Source: Octopus sinensis (taxonomy: Eukaryota). From it: a DNA stretch of 64,000 bases. Below the pieces are notes generated by a model that was not told the DNA's origin, searched no databases, and saw only the letters and a list, made by a program, of their open reading frames with translations. Position 1 is the stretch's first letter. Each line of letters begins with the position of its first letter. Location: NCBI RefSeq assembly GCF_006345805.1, contig NC_043003.1, positions 47,058,001 through 47,122,000 of the forward strand, written 5' to 3'. Shown in pieces: positions 1-14,885 of this stretch. The translations under genes and the position numbers were made by a program.

Positions 1-163
1 AAAGATCACCACTGAAATATTTTGGCTTGCCATTTAAGTGTTTTTTAAGCATAAACTTTTAGGACGTATGTTTTAGCTAGAAGCTACATAGTTGAATCTC
101 ATCCACCCACACGCACAATTCACACACACACACAAATATGCGTGCCCACATACACATATACAA

Positions 164-228
<65 letters not shown>

Positions 229-750
229 TATATACATACACGCACACACACATGCAAGTACAGACATAAGATCATCCAAACTCATAATATGATACTTAAA
301 AAATGCCTAACCTGATCTTAAAAGCCACTTGTTTCCCTAGTTAACTTCTGATAAAATCGCGAATTATGGTCACAGGCATGTCCATTTGGTTAAAAAGTTC
401 GTGAGTTCGAACCCACTGCGCGGACCATAGGCAAATGACTTGTACTACAGTCCAGCGATGTCCCATGACTGTGAGCAAAATTGCGGGAAACAGAAACCAT
501 ACGGAGTCAGATCAGAAGGACCGTACACGTTCTTGATTGAGAGATTTATTCTTACCACCTTAACACAACCACGGAGCCGTTTGGTACCTAGTTAAAACCG
601 TCCTTTTTCACCACCCGTCCTGAAGGCCTTGCAAAAAGATCATAGGCGTTGTCTATCAGTGCAGTCTAAATAACATTATAGACCAGACAATGGTAACCTT
701 TTTCAAAAAGCGGGCCGCATAAGATTTTAGTGAATATCAATAATTTTCAG

Positions 751-863
751 GCTGTGCCATCAAATTTTGCTCTGTTCATGCATCGTGAATGTGTGTACGA
801 CCAATGATACAGCTTATATGTGTGCTACATCTTGTTTCAAGAAAACAAAATCCCCTAAACTAG
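751..863 (+). CDS. Probable internal coding exon of an unidentified host gene (LCHQILLCSCIVNVCTTNDTAYMCATSCFKKTKSPKL)
   Basis: Acceptor taattttcag|, donor |gtaaga; only one frame is open (phase 2 in, phase 1 out); non-repetitive sequence. Confidence 0.6.
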
Positions 864-963
864 GTAAGATGTTCAGATACAGTATTGTTTGAGTACATAT
901 ATTTTGCTCATTATACTGTTATAGCTCTTAAGCACATTTAGCTGTCAACATTAATACATGTAA

Positions 964-1258
964 TGGAGGCGCAATGGCCCTGTGGTTGGGGCAGCGGACT
1001 CGCGGTCGGAGGATCGCGGTTTCGATTCCCAGACCGGGCGTTGTGTGTGTTTATTGAGCGAAAACACCTGAAGCTCCACGAGCCTCCGGCAAGAGGGAGT
1101 GGCGACCCTGTTGTATTCTTTCGCCCCAACTTTCTTTCACTCTCTTTCTTCCTGTTTCTTGAGAAACGCTGCGATGGACTAGCGTCCCGTCCAGCTAGGG
1201 GGAACACATACTCCACAGAAACCGGGAAACCGGGCCCATGAGACTGGCTAGGGTTGAA
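964..1258 (+). mobile_element. tRNA-derived SINE, family A (tRNA-Arg-like head resembling octopus OR-type SINEs), tail type a
   Basis: Pol III A/B box-like head TGGAGGCGCAATGGCCCTGTGGTT...GGTTTCGATTCCC; close copy at 5488-5793; followed by (GA)n. Confidence 0.85.
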
Positions 1259-1501
1259 GTGAGAGAGAGAGAGAGAGAGAGAGAGCAAAAGACAGAGAAA
1301 GAAAGAGGGAGATAGATCTCACATAAATAATAAATACATGTATGTATGCATATATGTATGTGTTGATGATCTGTAGGGACACCGTATTTCGTTGCGTAAC
1401 CATAATACGCTACAAAGTACATTAAGCGCTATTATAAGTCAATAATGTATTCTACTGTGTTAGCAGTGCCATTATATCACTTATTAAGATTATCCCTGCA
1501 G

Positions 1502-1578
1502 GATTTTCTACAGAAATTGTAGCCCAGGCTATAATTTCTTGCAGTAATTCTCTATGCATCTCATATGAGCGTTATAAG
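1502..1578 (+). CDS. Possible coding exon (GFSTEIVAQAIISCSNSLCISYERYK)
   Basis: Acceptor ccctgcag|; phase 1 in matches exon 751-863 and phase 0 out matches exon 6347-6430, but it needs a GC donor (AAG|gcattt). Confidence 0.4.
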
Positions 1579-1689
1579 GCATTTAAAAACACTTGAAAAC
1601 GTGAATCGTTATGATGTTAGAGTGTATCATAATTTAATAAGAAAAAATTTAAAGGATTGCATTTTCACCTGTTGAAAGGCAAATACATA

Positions 1690-1894
1690 TTTCGGGACAC
1701 TTCATTTCATATTACTCCAGTACACTCAGCTGTAAATAGATAACCTTGAGACGAACTGGCCTTCCGATCAAGAATCTTGGCCTCTCGCATAGTCAGTGGG
1801 GTAGCTTCATTCGAAAACTAAAACGATGCAAAGCGTGTCGTGACCAGCAATGTATAACAACGTCCGGTAGTTTGGTCGATCACGTGATCACGTG
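1690..1894 (+). mobile_element. Degenerate SINE: family D-like core joined to tail type b (ends GTCGATCACGTGATCACGTG)
   Basis: CACTTCATTTCATATTACTCCAGTACACTCAGCTG matches 32068-32101; 3' end matches the reverse complement of 33061-33160. Confidence 0.6.
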
Positions 1895-1924
1895 CTTTCT
1901 TTACATATATATATATATATATAC

Positions 1925-2111
1925 GTGGCTGTGTGGTAAGAAGCATGCTTACTAACCACATGTTCCAGGTTCAGTCCCACTGCGTGGCACCTTCGGCAAG
2001 TGTCTTCTACTATAGCTTCGGGCCGACCAAAGCCTTGTGAGTGGATTTGGTAGACGAAAACTGAAAGAAGTCCGTCGTATATATATATATATATAATGTG
2101 TGTGTGTGTGT

Positions 2112-2154
<43 letters not shown>

Positions 2155-2245
2155 CGTGTGTGTGTGTGTGTGTGTTTGTCTCTCCAGCATCGCTTGACAA
2201 CCCATGGTGGTGTGTTTACGTCGCCATAACTTAGCGTTTCGGCAA
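1925..2245 (+). mobile_element. SINE family B (internal microsatellite), 3'-truncated
   Basis: GTGGCTGTGTGGTAAG...GGTTCAGTCCCACTGCGTGGCACC head, (TA)(TG)n middle, CATCGCTTGACAACC right part; more than 12 copies in window. Confidence 0.85.
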
Positions 2246-2465
2246 ATATATACAAATATATTCTGCATATTCTGTATGCACATATGTATGCTTGCATGTA
2301 TATGCATCTGTATAAACATACATACATACATACATACATACATGCATACATACATACATACATACATACATACATACACACATACATACATACATACATA
2401 CATACAAACCAACATATGTGCGTGTGTGTATCTATTAGCGCTTTCCTACGCATTACTTAAGGACT

Positions 2466-2565
2466 NNNNNNNNNNNNNNNNNNNNNNNNNNNNNNNNNNN
2501 NNNNNNNNNNNNNNNNNNNNNNNNNNNNNNNNNNNNNNNNNNNNNNNNNNNNNNNNNNNNNNNNN
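2466..2565. other. Assembly gap (100 N)
   Basis: Run of N. Confidence 1.
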
Positions 2566-3062
2566 TGGTCGAATAAGAGGTTACCTTCTAGTTGCTCTGC
2601 TATAGTAGTCAAATTGATGGAGATAGCTTACAGGAGTACTCCGACTTATCTGAAATTGCTCTGCAACAGCAGCCGCCTTGCATCGGGAATTATTTTCAGC
2701 AATCCATTCGACAACCCGATGACACTTATCAGAGGGCACAGATCGCATTCTGAATTGGATGTTGTTAATTCCTTTTCTTTACTGGTGAATTGTACAATCA
2801 CTCTGTTGACTATGGCAAGAGGGACCCCAAGATGTTGTAGAATCTTACGCTCATTAGGATCGACCCACAATACGCCTTCTTTGAAAATCAAACAAATCTT
2901 TTGCTTCTGATGTTTGCGGCATGGCTAGTTGCTATAAACAATTAATAAAGTGTAATGTGAAATAAAAAAATTAATAATTCATTAACAAGTTCGAAGCACC
3001 ACATAGTGCCCGACCAGAAAAAGCAGTAAGTGAGGGGTGTCTATTTATTTTTGAATCGTATG
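2566..3062 (-). mobile_element. Tc1-like DNA transposon remnant (left end and N-terminal HTH region), cut by the gap
   Basis: Minus strand across frameshifts reads MPQTSEAKDLFDFQRRRIVG / LGVPLAIVNRVIVQFT / IAENNSRCKAAAVAEQFQISRSTPVSYLHQFDYYSRATRR*PLIRP; TIR-like TA-CATACGATTCAAAAATAAATAGACACCCC at ~3035-3064. Confidence 0.8.
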
Positions 3063-3082
3063 TATATGTGTGTACACACACA

Positions 3083-3157
<75 letters not shown>

Positions 3158-3863
3158 ATTTATATATATATATATATATACATAGAGAGAGAGAGAGAGA
3201 GGAGAGAGAGTAATCTCTATAATACTGACCTTGATACACAAGAGCTTTAAGTTATCTCCCTTAATGTCTTCTGAAAGACAGGAACGTTTTTTTTTTTACT
3301 GTGTAATGTGAAAGTTTTGCGTTTGGGGTGGTATTAACACATCATACATACTAGATCTGTTTTGTTTGTTTGTTTGTTGTTGTTTTTGTTCTTGTTCTTG
3401 TTCTTGTTCTTGTTTTATCCCAGGTCGGCCTTGAACCTTATTATGAAAAGTTTCACTCTTATGACCATCCTATCTTCTCTTCATAATATTCCACTTTCCA
3501 AACCGATTTTACTATTTTTATGTTTTTTAATGCATGATATGAGGAAAGTTTAGCTGATCGAATGATATGCATGAGGCAGTTTTGTTGTTGCTGCTATTGG
3601 TGGTGGTGGTGGTGGTGCTCTTGTTGTTATTGTTAATGGTGCTGGTGGTGATGGTGGTTTTGATACTGTTTCATACAGCAATGATATGCAATAAAATTAT
3701 TTAATACCAAATCCAAAAACGAAATTATTTAATAATGTTTTGATAAAGTAATGATAGGCAGTAAGGTATATAACATCATTATTGTTTGTAGTTATTTTGT
3801 TGTTGTAATCGTTGTTATTTTGTTGTTGTAACCATCGTCATTGGTGCTGTCAGTAGTATTTCT

Positions 3864-3946
<83 letters not shown>

Positions 3947-3964
3947 GTGCGTGCGTAAGCTTGA

Positions 3965-4280
3965 AAGACAGAGTAACAGAAGTTGCAGTTCTAGAAAGCC
4001 TGAAAGTTCAAAGAAACTTATTGTCGAGAACCAGGTTCCCAAAGCTATCATATTTTGGGCATTCAATGCGCCACGAGCGAGTCACTATCTAAGACCATCC
4101 TGTCAGGAACAATGGATGGGGAAGAGAGCAAGAAGTCGTGAAAGAGATTTATGGGCTGACAACACCAAAAATTGAATAGAAACAAAAGCCTGGCTGGTTG
4201 TATGCATGCAGCATAACACGGAGTTGGAGAGCCTTGGCAAGCCGACAACTGGACACGAGGAGGGCACGTGACTGATGGCT
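3965..4280 (+). mobile_element. RTE-clade LINE 3' fragment, decayed
   Basis: VLESLKVQRNLLSRTRFPKLSYFGHSMRH resembles the RTE C-terminal L.YFGHI.R motif also seen at 53594-53815. Confidence 0.65.
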
Positions 4281-4282
4281 AA

Positions 4283-5050
4283 TCTATTATATAAAATCCG
4301 TTCTGTCTGTCTGAGTGTGTGTCTTTTAGGATCTCGGGCATCCTCCATCCGATTGCACTCAAATTTGATATGTAGATACCGACGTTGCATAAGTCTTGAA
4401 AAATTTGAAAAATCGATTCCAGGTTAGATTGCGATCGATAAAGCCGTGGGAACGTGCATTTGTACGCACAAGTACATCAGCTGTTGCGATCGATATTACG
4501 CGTACGCGAGAAAAATGCACGTGCAGTTTACGCAAAAAAAAGCCGGTTGGCTTGAAATAATGCCACAAAATGGGACGGTCGGACAAGTTGTTTTGAGAAA
4601 ATTTGGTTTAAATGTTTGACAACTCATCACCGTCCATTGGACGGTGGGGTGGGGCGTTTTACTCGTAATCATATATATCGAGACAGATACTGACGTTTCA
4701 CAATGAAGACTGATAAGACTTGGAAACACACATACGCACCCTCAACACCATTGTAAGGCTCTACGGCACAGGTCTTTACTCTTATAATGCTGATCATGGA
4801 CAGTATCTCCTCTGGGTTGGTCGATATATCGCACATAGATGTGATCATGAAATACCGCCACTTCTACATCTTCCCCGCTCGTGAGGGTACACGATACGTG
4901 AAATATTGGAAGTAACAGTCAAGATCCCGCAATCCCCTGGGCAGTTGTATCATCTATTGCAACAGTCTGACCACAAGGCCACTCATCTTCACATTCCAAA
5001 CTGTATTGTCAAAATTTCGATCAACTGATTTTATTGGAAGTTGGAGATTT
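4283..5050 (+). mobile_element. Helitron-like element 5' end and decayed body; right boundary uncertain
   Basis: Starts A|TCTATTATATAAAA followed by (TGTC)n and CCGATTGCACTCAAATTTG, typical of non-autonomous Helitron/DINE-like 5' ends. Confidence 0.5.
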
Positions 5051-5211
5051 AAACATTCCCTCGGGGAATTTTTGTCTTCTGAATGGATGAATAATCCCAA
5101 CTGACCGAAAGCTTACAAACAATTCTGTTACATACGAGGGAGCCAAATGTATTTGTATTCAGTATGCAGATAACTTCACTGAGATATTCTTCCTGTATGT
5201 ATGTATGTATG

Positions 5212-5244
<33 letters not shown>

Positions 5245-5487
5245 CTTGTCATATGTATGAAAATATGCTCCGCTGAGTTAGTCTAACAAGACTGAATTAT
5301 ATCCATTGCTGTCACCATTTGTTTCAAAGGCCAGAGCCGTACTACATTGTCTTTATTGACCAAACTGATCTTATTCTAATTGTTTTTACTTGCTTGTTGT
5401 TATTGAGATTTCAAACACCCTAAAGAGAGTGTCTGTCTACTAAATCTCAATTCATCAATGTTTTTCGACTCCCTATATTACGTAAGG

Positions 5488-5793
5488 TGGAGGCGCAATG
5501 GCCCAGTGGTTAGGGCAGCAGACTCGCGGTCGGAGGATCGCGGTTTCGATTCCCAGACCGGGCGTTGTGAGTGTTTATTGAGCGAAAACACCTAAAGCTC
5601 CACGAGTCTCCAGCAGGGGGTGGTGGCGACCCCTGTTGTACTCTTTCGCCCCAACTTTCTCTCACTCTTTCTTCCTGTTTCTTGAGTAGCGCTGCGATGG
5701 GCTGGCGTCCCGTCCAGCTGGGGGGAACACATTCGCCACAGAAACCTGGAAACCGAGCCCATGAGCCTGCCTAGGCTTGAAAAGGGCGAAAAA
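5488..5793 (+). mobile_element. SINE family A, tail type a
   Basis: Close copy of 964-1258 with A-rich end. Confidence 0.85.
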
Positions 5794-6346
5794 AGCGAGT
5801 CTGCTTTATTTATATTTTACCATAACCTTGAGTCAAGCAAAGCCTTCTGAGTTTGGTTAACAGAAAATGTGTGGAAGCCCCTAATCCAGTTAAACATCAT
5901 CACCTGACCTGTGGGTGTCCTTAGTTGTTATACTTTGTTACACACATTCGATCGGAGGATCACTCCCACCACTGGTTTTTGAAGCCTTGAGAAAGCTTAT
6001 GGTCGCTAACCATTTTCATCTGACTAAGCAATAAAATAATTTATATATAATGCATAATTCGCTTGAAAAATAAAACGAACATTATTATGCTCTTTGTTTT
6101 TTTTACACACATTTTTTTAAACTCCGTGTTTAAATCGTTAAATCGTTATTGGTTACCGTAAGTTAAGTCACCTTAATAATGACGAAATTTCTCTTTGTAA
6201 ATAGCTAAATATAACGATACATTTCATTTTCTTCCCGGATAAATATTTTAACGTGCATAAGTTGTATTGATTTTTCGTGTAACTGAAGCACTTTCAAAAC
6301 TAGGGTCTTCAATTATGATTGAGAAAGCAATAAATTGTTTTTTCAG

Positions 6347-6430
6347 GATGCAGTCTCTGTCAACCCATGGGATGAGGCTTACCGAGATCATTTAAAAGAC
6401 ACTTGTGACTATGCATTACCTTTCTTAAAT
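6347..6430 (+). CDS. Probable coding exon (DAVSVNPWDEAYRDHLKDTCDYALPFLN)
   Basis: Strong acceptor ttgtttttttcag|, donor |gtatgc; 84 bp, phase 0-0, the only open frame. Confidence 0.65.
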
Positions 6431-8254
6431 GTATGCGCTCCTCATATTCTGCAACAATTCTCCTTCACATCCCTTCTTAACCCGCATTGCTATCGTTTAA
6501 GCCCTTATACTAAATTATTATTCTCTCTACTTTCATTTACCAGAAGGTATGTTTTGAGCTCAGCACAGTTTCAAATCGTCAAGTTATTGACACAAATATG
6601 TCCTCACTAGACATGATGACATTATAATTGAAATCCCTCTCAACTTTACTTTTCATCTTTCCAGGGTTGATAAAATAAATTACCAGTCACATACTAACAT
6701 CTTTCCAAAATGTCTGGTCTTGTGCCTATGTTAGAAAATTATTATTGTACATACTGCAATAATAATTTATAATTACTATCGATCTTAATTTACCTTCGAA
6801 ATATTCTAATCAATTCTAATTTGCCTTTGAAATATCCCCTCTTCCGCTGCCTTCGTGGCGAATAAAAATATCATTATCACTTCAGGATCAGATCATCAAC
6901 TTTCTAGGGTAGAAGAATAATCTCGCATTTTGCTCTGAAATCAAATCCCACTAAGGTGAACTTTGCCTTTCATCTTTATGTGTTCGATAAAAGAATGTAC
7001 CTGTCAGGTTCAGGGGTTGATTTAATTGACTATACACCCTCACCAAACATCTGTGGCCCTATGCAAAGTCTTATAAATAATGTAACAAGTTTTTTTATCC
7101 GTAAATGATACAAGCTTCTTAGATAAGTTGGTGCTAACGTGTTTAGTACCCAAAACTTTAAAAAATAATAAAATATAATTATGCGTAGAAGAAAAGATGA
7201 TGACTAATTAAATTAATTAAACTACGTAACATCTTTCTTTCTTAATTTTTCTTTTTTTTTTTTTGTCATTTGTCAGTAAGTGTTATTTCCTATCGAGAAA
7301 TCAAAGGAAATTACAACTATTCTCTTCAAACTAGGCTTTTGTCACCTGTTTACCTGATCTATTTACCTTTACATTTTAGACAAATTCAGAGCGGAGTTGC
7401 TGAAGCACAACTATCGTTATAGTAAATATTCTGTTCGATATCACTGATTTGCTTGACCTTATCCACTTGAGCATGACACTTAGTAGCTGACAATATGAGC
7501 ATCTCTGATCATGAGCAGGAGTAGTGGGGGGAGGAGCATCATAGCCATGTGTTGAGAGGGATTCTTTTGGATTGAATAAATATAACAAAAGCAAAGTTTG
7601 AAGGAAACATTAGCGATTTTTCATAGTTTCTAGGGGTAAGCAAATAAGAAATAACAGTTGTTACGCTAGGACAAAAATCGTGTTCCACAGTGTTATTCAA
7701 TCAAGTATGAGGAACAATTTAGATATTTATCGGTATTATTAGACAATGTGTTTTTGCCAGTCTTGGTGATGTAAGACAAATTATTACTGATCCACTCCTG
7801 TATGTGCAAGGACAATCGACGAAGGTTACTTAAACCTACACAAATACCGCATCGTTGATACCTTTAAGACCTTCTACTTAATTATGAAACTATTAGAGTT
7901 TTTTTTCTGTAGAAAGTAATTCATGTAAAACTTAAAATTAAGTACATATCTGTACAGACAGTGTATTGTTTAATGAATTATGGTAGAATTTATCAACCTG
8001 TAGATTTTAAACAGGGTTTTCAATGGTACACTAAACACTACGTACTTGCATGCATCTTTCCATCTCTATATGTCTATCTCTGTTTTTATTTATTTTTATT
8101 TTTTTATTTGCTTTCTGTCTCTTTCACACATTCTCTCTAAAGACAGTAAGTTAATATTAATTCTGGTGTTTGCAGCCCTGGAAATGTTCCTAACGAAGAA
8201 CTTATTCAATATCCGAAAATGCCTACTTTTAAGCGCATTTCTTACACATCGTAT

Positions 8255-8315
<61 letters not shown>

Positions 8316-8339
8316 ATTACACCAGTAGGTTGAAAAACG

Positions 8340-8850
8340 GTGACGGTTTGGTGGAGACTGGAGTCGTAAGTGAGAATTAAAGGTTTTGATTGGGGTTGTC
8401 AATGTATATGAAACAATTGCTGTGAAGATTTGGCGTTTGCGATAAATTCAGTTTCTGTACCAACGGCATCAGTATAAGATGAGTACACGAGCCAACAAGT
8501 GCTGTGGGCGTTGAAGTCACCGAAGATGATGACACCAATACGAGAGCGGGGAAATATTGGAAGAAATACAGTCGGATCGCGGGTGGAGGAGATAAAAGAG
8601 TCAAATGTATTTAGAGGAGTAGGAGAGGGAAACTTTTAGTTAAAGTTACTGAAAGTCTTTGTTGTTGATATGCAAATTAGACCGGTGAGTGATAGGGAGA
8701 TTAGAATTTATGTATTCGCAGACACCGCCTTTCGGAGTAAAGGACTGTAGAGATGGACTACAAATAAGAAGCGAAAGGTTTGTTTCTCAGAGAGGAATAT
8801 GTGTGATTTGCTACTTTGTAAGGGCTAACGTATAGGCTCTAAGCTAGATT
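8340..8850 (-). mobile_element. Decayed APE endonuclease domain of a Jockey/CR1-group LINE
   Basis: Minus strand gives LQSSKSHIFLSEKQ and VIIFGDFNAHSTCWL (GDFNAH motif), with stops and frameshifts. Confidence 0.65.
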
Positions 8851-10255
8851 GGAGTTTACAGATACTAGACAAGAGACGAAAGAACTGTCAAGCGGATATG
8901 CTACAATGTTGTTGTATTTATTGAAGTGAAGAATGCATCGGGGCCCCGTAAGATAACGATAATACTCTACCAAGAGCCTTGTGTTAATGTTTTCAACAAA
9001 ATAAACTTTGTTAAAGGCACCCATGGGCAAAGATGCAGTGTTAAATCGAGCTCCATGAATGAACCTACCTCTCTTATATTGTGCTCGTAGTGCCAGAAAT
9101 ATACTGTTTGATCAAACAAGTATCCCTCTACCGTTTTTCTTCTGATAAATTTACCACAATAGGGAAGCATTAGATTCTGTTTAATGAACTCCATACATGA
9201 CTGGTATATATTTTATTGCCCCGACAGCAATGAAAGGCAAAGTCAACTTCAGAGGGAATTGATTTCAAAATATACAGAGATGAAACCAAATTCTCTAAGA
9301 CATTTTGGTTCACCAATTTATGACTGATTCTGCTATTTCGCCATACTTTTCTTCCTTAATGGTGTCAAACATATGCACAAAGCAACACTTTTTCAGAGAG
9401 TATAGACGATCATAACAACACCCCACTTCTTTGCTAATACATATTTTATTGAATCCAGGGAAAGAAAATCGCAACAAAAACAAATGGCTGGCAAAAGGTT
9501 ACAAGAAACCTTCAATAAATTACTAATTTAATCATTCATTTTAATGGTTGAACTGGAGGTAGTCTTTTTTTCTAACCAAAGGCTTTTTTTCATTCAGTAT
9601 TTACACGCTATTATTTGTAGCCTTATATACTTCGAGTTCAACCATTAAAAATAAATTTCATGTTCTGTCGAAGTTTCTAAATTATTATGGCGTAAAAACT
9701 GATTTTTATGCTGTTGTTCTTTTTGTTGTAGTTTTATTTAAGGTTATGTTGTATATAAATTATATTGTCGTTCTATATAAATCATATATTTTCAGCTATT
9801 AAGCGACTAAAAATATTATTTGTTTGATTACTCTATTTTTTATGATATTTAAATAAAATTTGACTTTTTTTCTTTCTCTGCACATTTTTTCTAACCCAAA
9901 AGTATGAATTTTTAATCTGTGAATTTCATTTTTGCGATTTTATTTCCTTTTGCCGTTTTATAGGCTTCAGAAGTACGAAAAAAAAAATCTAACCATGTAA
10001 GATTTGAATTCGAAACATTAAAATAATTAAAAAAAAAAAAAAACACAGAGCCACACGAAATTAGTCTCTTGATAATAACTTATGTACATTGGCCTACGTT
10101 AGGCAGTTAAGAAAATTGTGCACAATCAATTCGAAGCCACTATCAACTTTTTCCTTGTAAAAAGTATAGCGTAATCCTTCAGTTCAATGTTTTAATTTGT
10201 TGAAAACAAATAACTTAACATGCAAACGACACACACGTACGCACACGCATATATA

Positions 10256-10310
<55 letters not shown>

Positions 10311-10482
10311 CACTTTAAATAAAGCATATTACTCTACCCCTGGTATTTGAGTACTCTTTTTTCCCACCTTGTTTCACATTTATGTGTTTACTCCGGTATT
10401 ATAAATATATATATATATATATATAATGTTATATGTATATATATGTATACATATATGTATATATATATATATAATATATATA

Positions 10483-10521
<39 letters not shown>

Positions 10522-10678
10522 ATATATATATATATATATATATCACACACAATTCGATAACTCTTTCCAAAAGATTCGTGGCATTCTGTAAAAAATTTCT
10601 TTTTTTAAATAGCATTAACTTTTAGGAAAATCTCTCTTCGTGCATTTGTATGTATATATTGTATATATGTGTATGCAT

Positions 10679-10729
<51 letters not shown>

Positions 10730-10813
10730 CGCGCGCGCGCGCACACACACACACATATATAAATGATATACATGAAGAAAGATTTTGGACAGGAGATACA
10801 TCAGTCTAAGATA

Positions 10814-11383
10814 TATATATATGAAAGAAGGTTTGAAAATGCAATTTTAAGGATGTTTATTCACTTGACCGGTTTCACTTTTTTAGAAAAAGATTGTGAA
10901 AAGTAAAATGTAAAGCTTTGTATAAGCTTTGTTGTGTTAAGTACTGGTTGTTACAAAAGTATTAAAATACATATATACATTCTTTGATAATAATAAGAAA
11001 ATGTTAAAACAAAGACAGAAAAAATGCCAAAAAGGCAGGTCAGTTCCTCTCCAATTTTTTGTAAATTCTTAAACATATCTCCTTCTGTGTGTATATATAC
11101 TATCAAACAAACATGATTTTTATTGAACTCATAATACTTTTTTGTTGAATACTTTCTTAAATACTTTCTTGTAAATTGTTTTTAACATTTTCTTATTGTT
11201 ATCAAATAAAGTATATATGTATTTTAATAATTTTGTGACAACCAGTACAACCAGTACTTAACACAACAAAGCTTATACAAAGCTTTACATTTTACTTTTC
11301 ACAATCTTTTTCTAAAAAAGCGAAATCAGTCAAGTGAATAAACATCTTTAAAATTGCATTTTCAAACCTTCTTTCATATATAT
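10814..11383. repeat. Foldback element, ~200-bp inverted arms, embedded in (TA)n
   Basis: 10814-11012 is the reverse complement of 11176-11383 with few mismatches. Confidence 0.9.
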
Positions 11384-11415
11384 TTCCACTCGTGCGGTAT
11401 CTTAGAACTTTACTT

Positions 11416-12780
<1,365 letters not shown>

Positions 12781-12928
12781 CCCTATACCACACATACACT
12801 TGAGGTACCGCCGATATAGGAATCCCACCTTGTCTTATAGTAAAGGCATGAAATGAGGTATAATAATTTTTAGGGTTCTGGTGTCTGGCCTACGTGTACG
12901 CTTTGTAGTATTTAATACATTTTTTCAT

Positions 12929-12965
<37 letters not shown>

Positions 12966-13451
12966 TGTATGTATGTATGTATAGAGAGAGAGAGTGTGGG
13001 GGAGAGAAAGACTGAGAGAGCTAGGATGTCTAGCCACTTTATGTTTTGAAGGCGAGAGACGAACAGACACTATGGCCTGATTGTGTCCAACACTCGATCT
13101 TGAACTCGAACTTTTACACTTTGTCCTTTTAACGATCCTCTCCTTTTGGGTGTCTTTTATACTTAATTAGCGAACAGGAAAGGATCTGGTTTTATGAAGG
13201 TCACTAGAATGCAGTAATAACGCTAACCTTGATCCGAGAAGCATTTACTTGGCAATTGGCATAATTCCATAATTGACACGAAAGACCTTAATAATCTTCA
13301 ACTCTTTTACGATAACGGAAATGTCAAAGATTACTACTTAGAGAGAATCATCATCACCATCATTATCGTCATTTAACGACCATTTTCCAGGCTGGTATGG
13401 GTTGGACAGTTTGACAGGAGCTGGTGAGCCAGTGGACTGCACCTGGCTTTA

Positions 13452-13675
13452 CTGGCTGAATCGTTAGCATGCCGGGCGAAATGCGTAGCCGTATTTCGTC
13501 CGTCTTTACGTCCTGAGTTCAAATTCCGCCAAGGTCGACTTTGCCTTTCATCCTTTCGGGGTCGATTAAATAAGTACCAGTTACGCACTGAGGTCGATAT
13601 AATCGACTTAATCCGTTTGTCTGTCCCTGTTTGTCTTCTCTGTGTTTAGCCCCTTGTGGGTAGTAAAGAAATAGA
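13452..13675 (+). mobile_element. SINE family C (MetaSINE-like central domain), long tail, inserted in an older RTE-tail-like repeat (~13350-13900)
   Basis: GAGTTCAAATTCC B box, then GACTTTGCCTTTCATCCTTTCGGGGTCGATTAAATAAGTACCAG. Confidence 0.85.
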
Positions 13676-14068
13676 TATCTACAGTTGAAGGCACTTCCTA
13701 ACGCCAACCACTTTACAGATCGTACAGGGTGCTTTTCTGCGTGGACACTAACACCAAAGAGGCCACCGGGTAACTTGCAAGAGAAGATCCTCCACACATA
13801 CGCCTCAACTAAAGGGGAATTGTATTGAGGGACGTGGCTTTGTGCCAAGTGATGAGAGGTCAGAGTATGACAGAGGGACAGAAACCGGGGTCCTGGTATA
13901 GTATTTCAAGGAGCTACAAAGAATACTTATTTTTACTGGAACGATAGGTGAATGATAATGATGCGTGACTGTCATTGATAATATAAAATAAATAATATTA
14001 ACTGAAAACGTGACAATATCTGAAAGGGTATAATCATTATGTCTTATGAATTGTTAATATATTTGCAG

Positions 14069-14112
14069 AAGGCAACAAACGCCATGGTTGCTCTGAAACG
14101 CATGGGAGTCCG
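14069..14112 (+). CDS. Possible coding exon (KATNAMVALKRMGVR); alternative donor at 14131 in another frame
   Basis: Acceptor atttgcag|; donor CG|gttggt gives phase 2, matching exon 15925; a stronger donor |gtaagt at 14132 gives a phase 1-1 exon EGNKRHGCSETHGSPVGIIPI. Confidence 0.45.
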
Positions 14113-14197
14113 GTTGGTATAATACCTATCAGTAAGTTGCTTATTACTCTTTCGTTATTTTTCATATTAATCTTTAGTGTTGTCGTCGACGGGGCGT

Positions 14198-14387
14198 TGT
14201 CATCATCATCAACATCATTATTATTATTATCATCACCGTCGTCATCACCACCAACAGCAACACCATCATCACCACCACCACCACCACCACTACCACCATC
14301 CTCATTATCATCACCATCAGCACCGTCACTATCATCATCATCATCATCATCTTCATCATTATTTATTATTATGTTATTATTATTATT
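14198..14387. repeat. Compound trinucleotide microsatellite (CAT/CAC/TTA)n
   Basis: Seen directly; source of the poly-His/Ser/Asp ORFs. Confidence 0.95.
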
Positions 14388-14841
14388 AAGTTGGCAAGCT
14401 GGCAGAATCGTTACCACGCCAGTTAAAATGCTTAACGGCATTTCGTCCATCTTCACGTTCTGAGTTCAAATTCCGCCAGGGTCGACTTTGCTTTTCATCC
14501 TTTCGGAGTCGGTAAAATAAGTGCCAGTTGAGTACTGGGTTCGATGTAATCGTTTTGGCTTCCTCCCCCGAAATTGCTGGCCGTATGACAAAATTTGAAA
14601 TACGTACCAATCTGATACTAAGGCCCGTGTATCCGCTATTCGACTGGCTTCCTCCCCCAACATTGCTCGCCTTGTGCCTATAAGATGAAAGACTATTATG
14701 GAACAGATTAAGGCGACGAGCTGGTAAAATCGTATAAGGCGGCGAGCTGGCAGAAACGTTAGCACGCCGGGCGAAATGCTTAGCGGTATTTCGTCTGCCG
14801 TTACGTTCTGAGTTCAAATTCCGCCGAGGTCGACTTTGCCT
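14388..14841 (+). mobile_element. Cluster of SINE family C copies (14388-14602, 14736-14841 and partial heads)
   Basis: Repeated GGCGAGCTGGCAGAA...GAGTTCAAATTCCGCCGAGGTCGACTTTGCC. Confidence 0.85.
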
Positions 14842-14849
14842 CAAAGAGA

Positions 14850-14854
14850 GATAA

Positions 14855-14885
<31 letters not shown>

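Noticed and set aside
964-1035. Genuine tRNA genes at SINE heads
   Set aside because: No closed acceptor stem or T-run terminator; each continues into a multi-copy SINE body
2646-2891. ORF as a host exon
   Set aside because: Part of a frameshifted Tc1 transposase next to a TIR
14037-14463. Poly-Asp/Gly, poly-His and poly-Ser ORFs
   Set aside because: Trinucleotide microsatellite
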